A DNA stretch of 64,000 bases from Clostridiales bacterium (GTDB lineage: Bacteria; Bacillota; Clostridia; DUOD01): contig DUOD01000013.1 in assembly GCA_012838995.1 (NCBI GenBank), positions 28,561-92,560 on the forward strand, in the 5' to 3' direction. Position 1 is the stretch's first letter; the number at the start of each line of letters is the position of its first letter. The position numbers were made by a program, and so were the translations under genes. Of the stretch, positions 1 through 9,719 are shown in pieces. The notes below the pieces were generated by a model that worked only from the letters and a program-made list of their open reading frames with translations, ran no database searches and was not told where the DNA came from.

Positions 1-161
1 ACACCCCGCTCGAATAATTCGGTGTGCTCAAAAATAGGTGTTCTTATCTCACGGTAGCCGTAGTACGAACACAGCTTCCGTATTATGTCTTCCACGTAGT
101 GCCACTTGTATATCTCTGAAGGGAGGGTATCTCTAGTGCCCCTGGGTGCTTTTGTAAGCAT
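1..161 (-). CDS. hisS: Histidyl-tRNA synthetase, N-terminal 53 aa only; the gene continues past the left edge of the window
   Basis: Minus-strand translation from the ATG at 161 gives [53 protein letters not shown]. This matches the class II HisS N-terminal motif (PRGT.D.LP...W.YVE...[17 protein letters not shown]). An AGGAGG RBS sits upstream. Confidence 0.8.
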   Translation of the reverse strand, partial: MLTKAPRGTRDTLPSEIYKWHYVEDIIRKLCSYYGYREIRTPIFEHTELFERG

Positions 162-185
162 CTCCTTTCCTCCTTTATCCTTGTA

Positions 186-445
186 AAATAAAAAAACCTG
201 GTCCCTGTTAGTAAGGGACGAGGATATTCCTCGCGGTGCCACCCTAATTGGATATAAATCCCGCTTACAAATTTAACGCATAAATACGTACCTATCTACT
301 CTACCGCTTATTTTGACAGGTCGACTCCGAGGCGTTTTTCTATTACCGGTTGTACTTAAAGGGTGCTCTCAATTAAAACACCCTCTCCCTGTTAAGCCCT
401 TGTAATATACTTTTCCCTTCATCGTCTTTACAATATTATATTTTT
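186..445 (-). promoter_or_regulatory. T-box riboswitch leader (tRNA-sensing antiterminator) controlling hisS
   Basis: The reverse complement of about 222-249 reads AATTAGGGTGGCACCGCGAGG, the conserved T-box sequence. It is followed by an intrinsic terminator hairpin (GTCCCTtactaacAGGGAC) and a U-tract, at about 188-224 on the plus strand. The element lies between the upstream gene stop (464) and the hisS start (161). Confidence 0.7.
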
Positions 446-463
446 AATGGAATATATTATATC

Positions 464-1978
464 CTATTGATTTTTTAATGTCAACATTTCAAGCATTTCC
501 CTTTTGTTGTCTATCACCTGATGTATTCTATTGACATATACCCCGGTATCCTTGGGGTTTGATATCCTCTCTATTCTGTTGTTATTCAACACGGCTTTTG
601 AAATAGCCCCTGCTCCCAAAGCGATGATTGAATGGCTATCCTCCATGGTGGTGATATTGTATAAACCTTCCTTTCCCTTTCTGCAAAAGCCTATGTTTTC
701 TTCATTTCCATGCATATATTTTTGTCTGTATAGATAATAAGGAATCATATCCATCTTTCTTAATGAGTCATAGACCATGGCGGTATTACAAATGTAATTG
801 TGACGAAGTGTATTTCGGCTCTTTACCGCTTTTTCCTTAAGGTGCGAGCCCTTCTTTATTGCCAGGGCGTGTACCGTAACGCTGTCGGGTTTTAAATCAT
901 CAAGAAAACCTAGGGTATTTGCTACCATGGTGTCATCTTCTCCGGGCAGACCGACTATAATATCCATATTAATATTTTTAAACCCTATTTTTCTGGCAAT
1001 GTAATATTTGTCAATGATATCTCGGGCAGTATGTTTACGTCCTATAAGTTTAAGGGTTTTTTCGTTAAAGGTTTGGGGATTTATACACAGCCTGTTTATG
1101 CCATATCCATATAACAGGGTTAACTTGTCTTTGTCAATGGTATCCGGCCGTCCGGCTTCAATATTATATTCTTCCACTCCTTCAAAGGAAAAGCTTTGCC
1201 TGATACAATCCAGCAGCTCCCTTAACTGATTTATATCAAGGGAAGTAGGCGTACCGCCGCCTATATATATATTGAGGGGTCGGATACCCGCATGGCCCAG
1301 CATCCGTCCGGTACACCTGATCTCCTCTAGAAGACAGTTCAGGTATTCTTCCAAATTACTGTTCCGAGTACCCATTACCTGGGATACAAAGGAACAATAT
1401 ATGCACCTGCTGGTACAAAAGGGGATCCCTATATAGATATTTACACCGTCACGGGCAATACTGGCTAATACATCTTGCTGGATATCGGATACCTCCATTA
1501 ATAAGCTGCCTTTGGAATTCGACAACATTAATTCGTCAGTTAAATATTGCCAAATTTCGGCAGCGGACACGCCCTGTGCCCTCATCTGGTTAACCAGTTT
1601 TACAGGCCGTATCCCGGTAAGTATGCCCCAGGGAGGGCGGTAACCCGTGTACCTAGTTAAAAGCTTTAATACGCATCTTTTTAAGCCATATTTAAAGGCT
1701 TTATCCTTTATATAACCTTCGGGCAACCCATAAACGGTTTCCCCTTCCGTCCACACCCGCCGGTTGTCACACAGACGGGTGGTAATTTGAACGGCATCGG
1801 GCTTTAACTTTTTGTGTTGTACATGGATTGCAAATTCACCGGTATCCAACAAAGATTTCAAACTTGTATACTGTCCTTGGCATCGAATTACTTTTATATG
1901 GGCCAATGGATAGAAAACATTAATAATATTTCTTGTATCATTCTCCAATGCATTGTCAGAAAGGAAAAGATAAACCAT
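464..1978 (-). CDS. hemZ: Radical SAM coproporphyrinogen-III dehydrogenase-like protein, HemN/HemZ family (504 aa)
   Basis: CxxxCxxC radical SAM motif (IGIPFCTSRCIYCSF). The length and N-terminal extension are typical of HemZ-type enzymes, and HemN-like C-terminal region motifs are present. Confidence 0.65.
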   Translation of the reverse strand: MVYLFLSDNALENDTRNIINVFYPLAHIKVIRCQGQYTSLKSLLDTGEFAIHVQHKKLKPDAVQITTRLCDNRRVWTEGETVYGLPEGYIKDKAFKYGLKRCVLKLLTRYTGYRPPWGILTGIRPVKLVNQMRAQGVSAAEIWQYLTDELMLSNSKGSLLMEVSDIQQDVLASIARDGVNIYIGIPFCTSRCIYCSFVSQVMGTRNSNLEEYLNCLLEEIRCTGRMLGHAGIRPLNIYIGGGTPTSLDINQLRELLDCIRQSFSFEGVEEYNIEAGRPDTIDKDKLTLLYGYGINRLCINPQTFNEKTLKLIGRKHTARDIIDKYYIARKIGFKNINMDIIVGLPGEDDTMVANTLGFLDDLKPDSVTVHALAIKKGSHLKEKAVKSRNTLRHNYICNTAMVYDSLRKMDMIPYYLYRQKYMHGNEENIGFCRKGKEGLYNITTMEDSHSIIALGAGAISKAVLNNNRIERISNPKDTGVYVNRIHQVIDNKREMLEMLTLKNQ

Positions 1979-1988
1979 TAATTTACCC

Positions 1989-2177
1989 CTAGTATATATT
2001 TTTCTTTTCCAGGTCGGTAATTATATCTTTTGCAATTTGTTTATTTCTTCCAAGTTGTTTGGCCAGTTCTTTATCGTCGGCACCTTCCAAAATCAAGTCC
2101 AACAGTTCATCCTCGTCCATATCAATTATCTCGTGGGCCTGCTCCCGCCTTATTTGATTCTTAAACACCCTCTCCAC
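1989..2177 (-). CDS. Small acidic hypothetical protein (62 aa)
   Basis: ORF with an acidic, helical-looking sequence (DMDEDELLDLILEGADDKELAKQLGRNKQIAKDI). It sits tightly between flanking genes on the same strand. I recognise no family. Confidence 0.3.
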   Translation of the reverse strand: MERVFKNQIRREQAHEIIDMDEDELLDLILEGADDKELAKQLGRNKQIAKDIITDLEKKNIY

Positions 2178-2259
2178 AGAAAAAACCCTCCTTAAACTTT
2201 TTATATATTATTCCCCTACTCCTATGTTCCTAATCTTTATAGGGGTTTGTCAGGTTTCT

Positions 2260-2880
2260 TCATGTTAAAAAGGGATTTCGGGCCTTTTCCACGCTCAAAC
2301 TGGTACATTCTCCATGGCCCGGGTACACATCAAAATCCCCATCCAGCACAAAAAGCTTTTCCCTGATGGATTTTATTAGCCGGGGATAATTACCGCCTGG
2401 CAAATCCGTCCTGCCTATGGACATTCGAAACAGCGTATCCCCACTAAAGATTATATCCCGAAGCACAATACAAATGCTTCCCGGAGTGTGTCCCGGGGTA
2501 TGTATAATTCTTAACCGGTCATCGGCTATTTTTAAGGTTCCCTCATCGATAATATCATCCGCTTCAACCTTGGGAAGCGGCATGCCCAAGGCATTTGATA
2601 AATTTTTTCCGTTGTCCGTCAACATATCCTTATCGTCTCTGTGAATGAGTACCCTGCCCCCTAACTTATCCTTTAAATCCTTAAGACCCATAATATGGTC
2701 GAAGTGTCCGTGGGTAAGGATAATATACTCTAGCTTGGCGTCGGCATCTTGGATTTTCTTAATAGTATCATCCATTTTTCCGCCCGGGTCTATAACTACC
2801 GCCTTTTTTGCCTTTTTCCATAGAAGCAAGTAACTGTTGGTCCCATATATACCTACCACCATTTTATGAACTACTGCCAT
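2260..2880 (-). CDS. MBL-fold metallo-hydrolase
   Basis: HxHxDH motif (ILTHGHFDH) and downstream His/Asp ligands typical of the metallo-beta-lactamase fold. Confidence 0.75.
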   Translation of the reverse strand: MAVVHKMVVGIYGTNSYLLLWKKAKKAVVIDPGGKMDDTIKKIQDADAKLEYIILTHGHFDHIMGLKDLKDKLGGRVLIHRDDKDMLTDNGKNLSNALGMPLPKVEADDIIDEGTLKIADDRLRIIHTPGHTPGSICIVLRDIIFSGDTLFRMSIGRTDLPGGNYPRLIKSIREKLFVLDGDFDVYPGHGECTSLSVEKARNPFLT

Positions 2881-2889
2881 TTTATCACC

Positions 2890-3357
2890 TCAAAACTGTT
2901 TATTGCTGTCCAGTAGTATGGTCACGGGCCCGTAGTTCTCCGAATATATATCCATCATTGCCTGGAATTTACCTGTTTGTATTTTTATTTCTTTATCTTT
3001 AAACCGCTGTATGGTCTGTTCATATAGTTGCATTGCCTTTTCAGGCGAGGCGGCCTGGGTAAAACTTGGTCTTCTTCCCCGTCTACAATCGCCATATAAT
3101 GTAAATTGAGATATCAATAGTATCTCACCGTTAATATCCAAGGTGGACAGATTAAGCTTATTGTCGTCGTCTTCGAATATTCTAAGGTTAATTACCTTAT
3201 CTACGATATAATCAATATCTTTTTGGGTGTCTTGGTGACTGACGCCTAGGTAAACGATAAGACCCTGGCCAATTTTGCCAACGGTTTGACCATCAACCCT
3301 CACCTCTGCCCTTTTCACCCTTTGCACCACTGCACGCATGGTCTCCTCCTTAAGCAT
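2890..3357 (-). CDS. dtd: D-aminoacyl-tRNA deacylase
   Basis: MRAVVQRV...GLIVYLGV...SQFTLY motifs. It lies immediately downstream of relA, as in Bacillus. Confidence 0.85.
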   Translation of the reverse strand: MLKEETMRAVVQRVKRAEVRVDGQTVGKIGQGLIVYLGVSHQDTQKDIDYIVDKVINLRIFEDDDNKLNLSTLDINGEILLISQFTLYGDCRRGRRPSFTQAASPEKAMQLYEQTIQRFKDKEIKIQTGKFQAMMDIYSENYGPVTILLDSNKQF

Positions 3358-5512
3358 GTACTCTGTAGACTTCCTTTATTTCGGGTAGTTTTTTAAACTT
3401 CTCCATTATTTTTTCCAATTGCTTGGTATTTGATATCTCCATTGTTAAGTTTATTACGGCCGTGTTGTCCTTGGTGGTCTTTGCGCTGACTGCCGTTACC
3501 GAAGTGTTCATGTCATTTATAAGTTTATTTATCTCCGAAAGCAGTCCGTATTTATCTATGGCCATTATCTGGATTTCCGTTTTATAAGATGCGCCGTTGT
3601 CCGTCTTCCATTCAACTTCTATTAACCTTTCTTCCTCTAAAGATCCATCCTTAATATTATTACAGTCCTTACGGTGGATGGACACGCCCCTGCCCCGGGT
3701 TATATAACCTATTATTTTGTCCCCCGGCACTGGGCTACAGCATTTTGAAAAGCGCACCATTATATTACTTATACCCTTGACAACCACACCATGGCTAAGG
3801 GACCTACCTCTTTGGGGATGTTTGCCGGTCCTGGACATACTAGTCCGGTCAGCCGGCTTGTCTTGATGGACTTTTCTGTATTCATCGATCAGTCTTGTCA
3901 ATACCTGATTGGTGGTTAGGCCACCGTAACCCACAGCTGCATATACATCATCCGCCGAATGAAAGCTGTATTTTTTGTATACCGCCTCCATCCATTCAGG
4001 TTTGGTGAGTTGAGACAGGCTGTACCCTTGACGTTTTGCTTCCTTTTCCAGCATATCCCTGCCTTTAACAATATTCTCTTCCTTCCTCTCCTTTTTAAAC
4101 CATTGCTTAATTTTGTTCTTTGCCTGGGATGTTTTTACTATCTTTAGCCAGTCGCGGCTGGGGCCGTGGTGGGAGGAAGAGGTCAAAATCTCCACTATTT
4201 CACCGGTTTTTAGTTGATAGTCCAAGGTTACTATTTTGCTGTTTACCTTGGCACCGATACACTTATTACCCACCTCACTATGAATAGCATAGGCAAAGTC
4301 CAAAGGCGTGGAACCCTGAGGTAGATTTATTACGTCGCCCTTGGGTGTAAAAACAAAAACCTGGTCGGTAAACAAATCAATTTTCAGCGTTTCGACAAAT
4401 TCCTTGGCATCCTTTAAATCATTTTGCCATTCCAGCAATTGTCTTAACCAGGCCAGCTTTACATCCAAATCGTCATTGGTCTGCCTACCCTCTTTATACT
4501 TCCAATGGGCTGCGATGCCATACTCGGCTGTCCTGTGCATTTCCCTCGTACGTATCTGGATCTCGAAGGGTTCGCCTTCGGGACCGAAAACGGTGGTGTG
4601 CAGGGACTGGTACATATTTGGCTTTGGGACGGCAATATAATCCTTAAACCTACCGGGTAAAGGCTTCCATAGAGTGTGAACGGCACCTAGTACGCCGTAG
4701 CAGTCCTTAACACTGTTGACTATTATCCTTACGGCTATAAGATCATATATCTGCTCAAAAGTCCTGTTTTGGTGATACATTTTTTTATATATGCTGTAAA
4801 AATGTTTAGGTCTGCCTTCTATTTCGGCTTTTATACCTATTTCATTGAGCTTACCCCTAAGGATTTTTATGACGTGGGCTATATATTCCTCTCTTTCCTG
4901 TCTCTTTTTAGCCACCTTTTCTACCAGTTCATAATAGCCTTTGGGGTTAATAAAACGCAGGGCAAGGTCTTCCAGTTCCCATTTTATCCTAAAAATTCCC
5001 AGCCTATGGGCAAGGGGTGCATAGATTTCCAATGTTTCATTGGCCTTTTCTTTTTGCTTGTTTATCTCAATATGCTTTAAGGTACGCATATTATGAAGTC
5101 TGTCGGCCAGTTTTATGAGTATCACCCTAATATCCTTTGCCATTGCCAAGAACATCTTTCTTAGGTTCTCAGCCTGTTGATCTTCTTTGCTGGTGTATTC
5201 AAATTTTCCCAGCTTGGTTACGCCGTCTACCAGTTCGGCCACTTCCTGGTTAAACTCCTTTTTTATATCATCAAAGGATACGCTGGTATCTTCTATAACG
5301 TCGTGGAGCAGACCCGCGGAAATGGTGTTGGCGTCCAAGCCGAGGTCCAAGAGTATTTCCGCTACCTCTATAGGATGCTTGATATAGGGTTCGCCGGAAA
5401 TTCTATATTGTTTTTTATGGGCTTCTTTTGCAAAGGAATAGGCCTTTTCAATTAATCGCCTATCTTCTTCGCTGTAATGTTGCCTTACCCTCATCATGAA
5501 TTTATTTAACAT
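3350..5512 (-). CDS. relA: Bifunctional (p)ppGpp synthetase/hydrolase RelA/SpoT (720 aa)
   Basis: HD hydrolase domain (HDVIEDT), RelA/SpoT synthetase domain, and TGS and ACT-like C-terminal domains. Confidence 0.9.
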   Translation of the reverse strand: MLNKFMMRVRQHYSEEDRRLIEKAYSFAKEAHKKQYRISGEPYIKHPIEVAEILLDLGLDANTISAGLLHDVIEDTSVSFDDIKKEFNQEVAELVDGVTKLGKFEYTSKEDQQAENLRKMFLAMAKDIRVILIKLADRLHNMRTLKHIEINKQKEKANETLEIYAPLAHRLGIFRIKWELEDLALRFINPKGYYELVEKVAKKRQEREEYIAHVIKILRGKLNEIGIKAEIEGRPKHFYSIYKKMYHQNRTFEQIYDLIAVRIIVNSVKDCYGVLGAVHTLWKPLPGRFKDYIAVPKPNMYQSLHTTVFGPEGEPFEIQIRTREMHRTAEYGIAAHWKYKEGRQTNDDLDVKLAWLRQLLEWQNDLKDAKEFVETLKIDLFTDQVFVFTPKGDVINLPQGSTPLDFAYAIHSEVGNKCIGAKVNSKIVTLDYQLKTGEIVEILTSSSHHGPSRDWLKIVKTSQAKNKIKQWFKKERKEENIVKGRDMLEKEAKRQGYSLSQLTKPEWMEAVYKKYSFHSADDVYAAVGYGGLTTNQVLTRLIDEYRKVHQDKPADRTSMSRTGKHPQRGRSLSHGVVVKGISNIMVRFSKCCSPVPGDKIIGYITRGRGVSIHRKDCNNIKDGSLEEERLIEVEWKTDNGASYKTEIQIMAIDKYGLLSEINKLINDMNTSVTAVSAKTTKDNTAVINLTMEISNTKQLEKIMEKFKKLPEIKEVYRVHA

Positions 5513-5565
5513 ACCGTCACCTATACCTATTATATAAACTCCAGGCTAGTGTTTAGGTTTTTTTC

Positions 5566-6078
5566 TTAATATTTTACTAATGATTTTACATTATAGCCCT
5601 TTAACAGTTCAATACCGTTTAAATAAGTAAGTTCTATGATAAACCTTACCGATACTACTTCACCGCCAAGCTCTTCCACCAATTTGACGGTTGAATATGC
5701 AGTGCCCCCGGTTGCCAACAAATCATCGGCCACCACCACCCTCTGTCCCGGGCTTATGGCATCCACATGTATTTCCAGTTCGTCCTTCCCGTATTCCAAT
5801 TCATACTCGAACTTCCTTGTTTCTGCCGGCAGTTTTCCGGCCTTTCTGATGGGTACAAAACCACTGTTTAAAGCATAGGCTAGGGGGGCACCGATTACAA
5901 ATCCCCTGGCCTCCGGCCCGACAACAACATCTATATCCTTATCCCTTAAATCAGCCGCTAACTGATTTATTGCATACGCGTAGGCCTTTTTATCCTTTAG
6001 TAGAGTGGTAATATCCTTGAATCTGATACCGGATATCGGAAAGTCTTCTATTACCCTGATTTTTTCTTTTAAATCCAT
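5566..6078 (-). CDS. apt: Adenine phosphoribosyltransferase
   Basis: 170 aa with a PRPP-binding motif (VVVADDLLATGGT). Confidence 0.9.
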   Translation of the reverse strand: MDLKEKIRVIEDFPISGIRFKDITTLLKDKKAYAYAINQLAADLRDKDIDVVVGPEARGFVIGAPLAYALNSGFVPIRKAGKLPAETRKFEYELEYGKDELEIHVDAISPGQRVVVADDLLATGGTAYSTVKLVEELGGEVVSVRFIIELTYLNGIELLKGYNVKSLVKY

Positions 6079-6116
6079 TACTCTTCCCCCTTAATTTAAA
6101 TTAAAGCTGCATTGGT

Positions 6117-8699
6117 TCAGCTGTTGTTTTGTTGAAAGTGTATTATATGTTCTCCGTCCACACCAAAAAATTTTTTGTAAAGGGATTTTTGTGTCTTTTT
6201 TATATGCAGAAGTCCGGTATATAATTGGCTGTCCTCCAACTGCTTTGGATTCTGGTCCACAATCCTCACCATTATATCTTTTTTCCCCTCATCATGCATA
6301 AGGTCAATTATCCCCAGCTCTTTTAAAATGTCTATTGAAAGGTCTATCTTAAAAAGACTAACCTTATAGTTTTTTAGAACAGACCTTATTTTATCCAAAG
6401 ATATCGGAGATGAGTGCTTTTTGTTCCATCCATTGATTAACCTATAAACATCTGCAAGATCCTTCTTGGTTACCCTAAGGTAAGACGCTGCTCTGTATCC
6501 CTCCTTAATGATGGTATGGCTAACTGCCATATACAATGGGCTGTCCCCGGCAAGCCTGGCTAAGTTGTATAAATAATTTTCACTGTAGCAGCAATCGTAA
6601 AGGATGATGTTGCCGTAATTATTAAAGGCACTTCCGGATAAATCACAGTTGACCAACACCGTATTATGGCAGCATTCCATAGAGTTGATGGAATTATAGC
6701 TGAACCGTACCTGGTGCAAAATGTTTTTCTTAAAAAGAAAAGAAATTAGTCTTTTTAGTCCCGGTAGGGTATTTACTATCACCAGCACATCGTTGCAGCA
6801 GTCGAGCTTTTTAAATACAAATTCGTTGATACTGCATTTTTCCATCCTCATATTACGGCTATCCAGTATATTTTGTTGCTGCATACCACAATTATATATA
6901 ATTTGGCTTAAAAAATCACTAGTTATATTTTGATAGTACATGGAAATTAATTTTTCCACGCCTTTTTTGTCCAGGTTGTAGTTGGCAGCCTTTATATTTA
7001 ATTGTACCTTTTCAACATTATTCCATCGGTTAATGTCCAGGTTACACAACACGTCCAAATTAGCATTCTCGTTATCCATTATTTCGTTATAATTAAAGGC
7101 GATGGCATCCACAGTCCGACCTTTGGCGTCCATGACTTGGGCTTTTAAGTGTTTTCCGTCCCTGCCCACCTTTGTGAAGTTGCACAGTTTTATGTTTTTT
7201 ATAAGTATATTGGGTCGCGGGTTGCCGCAACCAAAAGGGCCCAGCCTTTGAATGTCTTTGGCTAATTCCATGGTTGCCTGCTCTAAATTCAACTGGCAAT
7301 CATACCATAAAACAGGCCTGTATATATTGGGATGGTATCTTGAATGGGCAAATTCATTAACCATCATGCGCAGGCTGTCTATACGGTCTGTGGAAATCGT
7401 AAAACCTGCCGCCTGCTTATGTCCGCCCAGTTTAGTCAGGCAATGCTCACACTTACTGAGGGCTTCGAATATATCAAAACCTTCTATGGATCTGGCTGAC
7501 CCGATACCTCGCTGACCGGACGTGCTGATTAATATCGTAGGGCGATGGTAAAGCTTTGCCACTTTAGAGGCGGCTATGCCCATAACCCCTAAGTGCCAAT
7601 CCTCTTTGTCCAGCAAAATTACTTTATCCCGCCTTAAGTCTGTATATTTTTTCGACTCCACCATGGAAACCGCCTGTTCAAACATTTCCCGCTGAATGCT
7701 TTGTCTTAGGTTATTCAGCTTTATAAGCTCACGGGCAATTTCTATACAAGTTTCCCTGTCATTGGCTATAAACAGCTCCAAAGCTTTTTGGGGATAACCC
7801 ATCCTGCCTGCCGCGTTTATTTTGGGCACAACATAATAGGCTATTTCATCGGCATCCCTATCCCTTGGCCAAACACCGCTCTGTTCCAGCAGAACTTTTA
7901 GGCCAACGTTTTCGGTATCAACCATAGAAGACAGGCCACCGTACACAATACTCCTGTTTTCGTCCATCAGGGGAACTATGTCTCCGATTGTACCTATGGC
8001 AGCAAGCTGCATGTATTCCTCTTTCAAAGGACCGCCGCCCAGCGCCTGTACCAGTTTGCAGCACACCCCCACACCGGCCAGGTCCTTAAAAGGATATCCG
8101 TCATCCGGTCTATGGGGATTAATTACCGCTGTTGCCGGGGGCAGCTCCCGGGGACAGGTATGGTGATCCGTTATTATCATATCCAACCCTAGCCTAGCTG
8201 CATAACGGGTTTCGGTGTTATTGGTAATCCCACAGTCCACCGTAATTATCAGCCTGCAGCCCCGATTTGCAATTTCTTCTATGGCCTCCTTGTTTAAACC
8301 ATAGCCCTCAAAAAGCCTGTTGGGTATATAAGTAAACACACGGGCGCCTAAAGAAGTCAAAAATTTATAAAGTATGGCAGTGGCAGTTATTCCATCGGCG
8401 TCGTAGTCGCCAAAGATACAAATAATTTCGTCTTTTTTTATGGCCAATGAAATCCTTTCCACTGCCTTTTCCACGTCCTTTAACAGGTATGGATCATACA
8501 GCAAATCTGGCCGAGGGTCTAAAAATTCCTTTGCCTCGTTTACATCGGTGATACCCCTATTATATAAAAGCTTTGCAATAAAAGGGCTTATGGACGCGCC
8601 TTTTGATAGGCGGTTTATTATACTGTTGTCTATTAAATTTTCGTCGTTATATCCTGGATATTCTTTTATATTCTTAAATATATACATTTTATTCCACAT
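6117..8699 (-). CDS. recJ: Single-stranded-DNA-specific exonuclease RecJ (860 aa, with a long C-terminal extension)
   Basis: DHH motifs (FGDYDADGITA, ITDHH) and a DHHA1 domain (GGHKQAAGF). Its position, secDF-recJ-apt-relA, is conserved. Confidence 0.85.
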   Translation of the reverse strand: MWNKMYIFKNIKEYPGYNDENLIDNSIINRLSKGASISPFIAKLLYNRGITDVNEAKEFLDPRPDLLYDPYLLKDVEKAVERISLAIKKDEIICIFGDYDADGITATAILYKFLTSLGARVFTYIPNRLFEGYGLNKEAIEEIANRGCRLIITVDCGITNNTETRYAARLGLDMIITDHHTCPRELPPATAVINPHRPDDGYPFKDLAGVGVCCKLVQALGGGPLKEEYMQLAAIGTIGDIVPLMDENRSIVYGGLSSMVDTENVGLKVLLEQSGVWPRDRDADEIAYYVVPKINAAGRMGYPQKALELFIANDRETCIEIARELIKLNNLRQSIQREMFEQAVSMVESKKYTDLRRDKVILLDKEDWHLGVMGIAASKVAKLYHRPTILISTSGQRGIGSARSIEGFDIFEALSKCEHCLTKLGGHKQAAGFTISTDRIDSLRMMVNEFAHSRYHPNIYRPVLWYDCQLNLEQATMELAKDIQRLGPFGCGNPRPNILIKNIKLCNFTKVGRDGKHLKAQVMDAKGRTVDAIAFNYNEIMDNENANLDVLCNLDINRWNNVEKVQLNIKAANYNLDKKGVEKLISMYYQNITSDFLSQIIYNCGMQQQNILDSRNMRMEKCSINEFVFKKLDCCNDVLVIVNTLPGLKRLISFLFKKNILHQVRFSYNSINSMECCHNTVLVNCDLSGSAFNNYGNIILYDCCYSENYLYNLARLAGDSPLYMAVSHTIIKEGYRAASYLRVTKKDLADVYRLINGWNKKHSSPISLDKIRSVLKNYKVSLFKIDLSIDILKELGIIDLMHDEGKKDIMVRIVDQNPKQLEDSQLYTGLLHIKKTQKSLYKKFFGVDGEHIIHFQQNNS

Positions 8700-8804
8700 A
8701 ACCTTTAAAATAACACGGCTAAATTTACAGTCCGTTAGACTTTCTCTTTTCTTTTAAAATGTGATGCCCATAAAATTAAATTTTTCAGTATTTGATATAC
8801 AAAA

Positions 8805-8832
8805 ATAAAAGCAGCGTAGCTGCTTTTATTTT
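8805..8832 (-). terminator. Intrinsic terminator downstream of secF; palindromic, so it could act in both directions
   Basis: The sequence aaaaGCAGCgtaGCTGCtttt sits immediately after the secF stop codon. Confidence 0.6.
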
Positions 8833-9719
8833 CTATGGGGTGCCAGTTTTTTAGTCCGACTTCTTTCGGTCCAAACAGCCCAAATTGGGCCGGCTATGAG
8901 TAACGATGAATAGGTCCCGGCTATTATTCCGATTATAATGGGTAGGGCAAATTCCTTTATGGACTCAACACCTAATATATACAGTACGACGATTACTATC
9001 AAGGTAGTCAATGAGGTGTTTATTGACCGGACAACTGACTGTTTAATGCTTTTATCCGTTAATTCTTGGATAGTACATTTTCTAAGTTTCTTGGTATTTT
9101 CCCGGATCCTATCGAATATTACTATGGTATTGTTAATCGAATAACCGATTATCGTCAATACCGCCGCAATAAAGGTGCTGTTAATCTGTATCCTGAATAT
9201 CAGCAAAAAAGCGGCAATTATCAAAACATCATGAACCAGAGCAATTATAGCAGCTACACCCGACTTAAATTCAAATCTTATCCATATATAAACAAGCATA
9301 AACCCGCAGGACAGCACAACGGCTAAAAGGGCGTTTTGGGTAAGTTCTTTGCTCATTACGCTGCCCACCTTCTCCACCGACAAAATATCCTTTTCGGCTA
9401 GTTGAAATTGCTTGCTTATGTCATCAATAACGGCACTGCTAACCCTGTCTTCGTCGGGGATATTGGGCATTCTTATTAAGACCTCGGTATTACCATCCCC
9501 CGCTCCGCTTACAACGGCTTCATCCAATCCATGTTGGTTGAGTATAGACCTGATATCCCCCACATCATAGGGTTGACCTATATTTAAATGTATTAGGGTG
9601 CCGCCTTTAAAGTCAATGCCCAAATTAAAACCGTTATTTATTATACCGAATATTAAGCCTATTACAATAATACAAAGGGGGATAGCAATCCAAACCTTTG
9701 CTTTAGATACAATTTTCAT
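8826..9719 (-). CDS. secF: Protein translocase subunit SecF
   Basis: Multi-pass membrane protein; the SecF family sequence follows secD with a 4-nt overlap. Confidence 0.9.
   Translation of the reverse strand: MKIVSKAKVWIAIPLCIIVIGLIFGIINNGFNLGIDFKGGTLIHLNIGQPYDVGDIRSILNQHGLDEAVVSGAGDGNTEVLIRMPNIPDEDRVSSAVIDDISKQFQLAEKDILSVEKVGSVMSKELTQNALLAVVLSCGFMLVYIWIRFEFKSGVAAIIALVHDVLIIAAFLLIFRIQINSTFIAAVLTIIGYSINNTIVIFDRIRENTKKLRKCTIQELTDKSIKQSVVRSINTSLTTLIVIVVLYILGVESIKEFALPIIIGIIAGTYSSLLIAGPIWAVWTERSRTKKLAPHRK

Noticed and set aside
186-445. Assigning the T-box specifier as Tyr (UAC) based on my hand fold
   Set aside because: The downstream gene is unambiguously hisS, and my Stem I model is not reliable enough to claim a mismatched specifier. 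I left it as uncertain.
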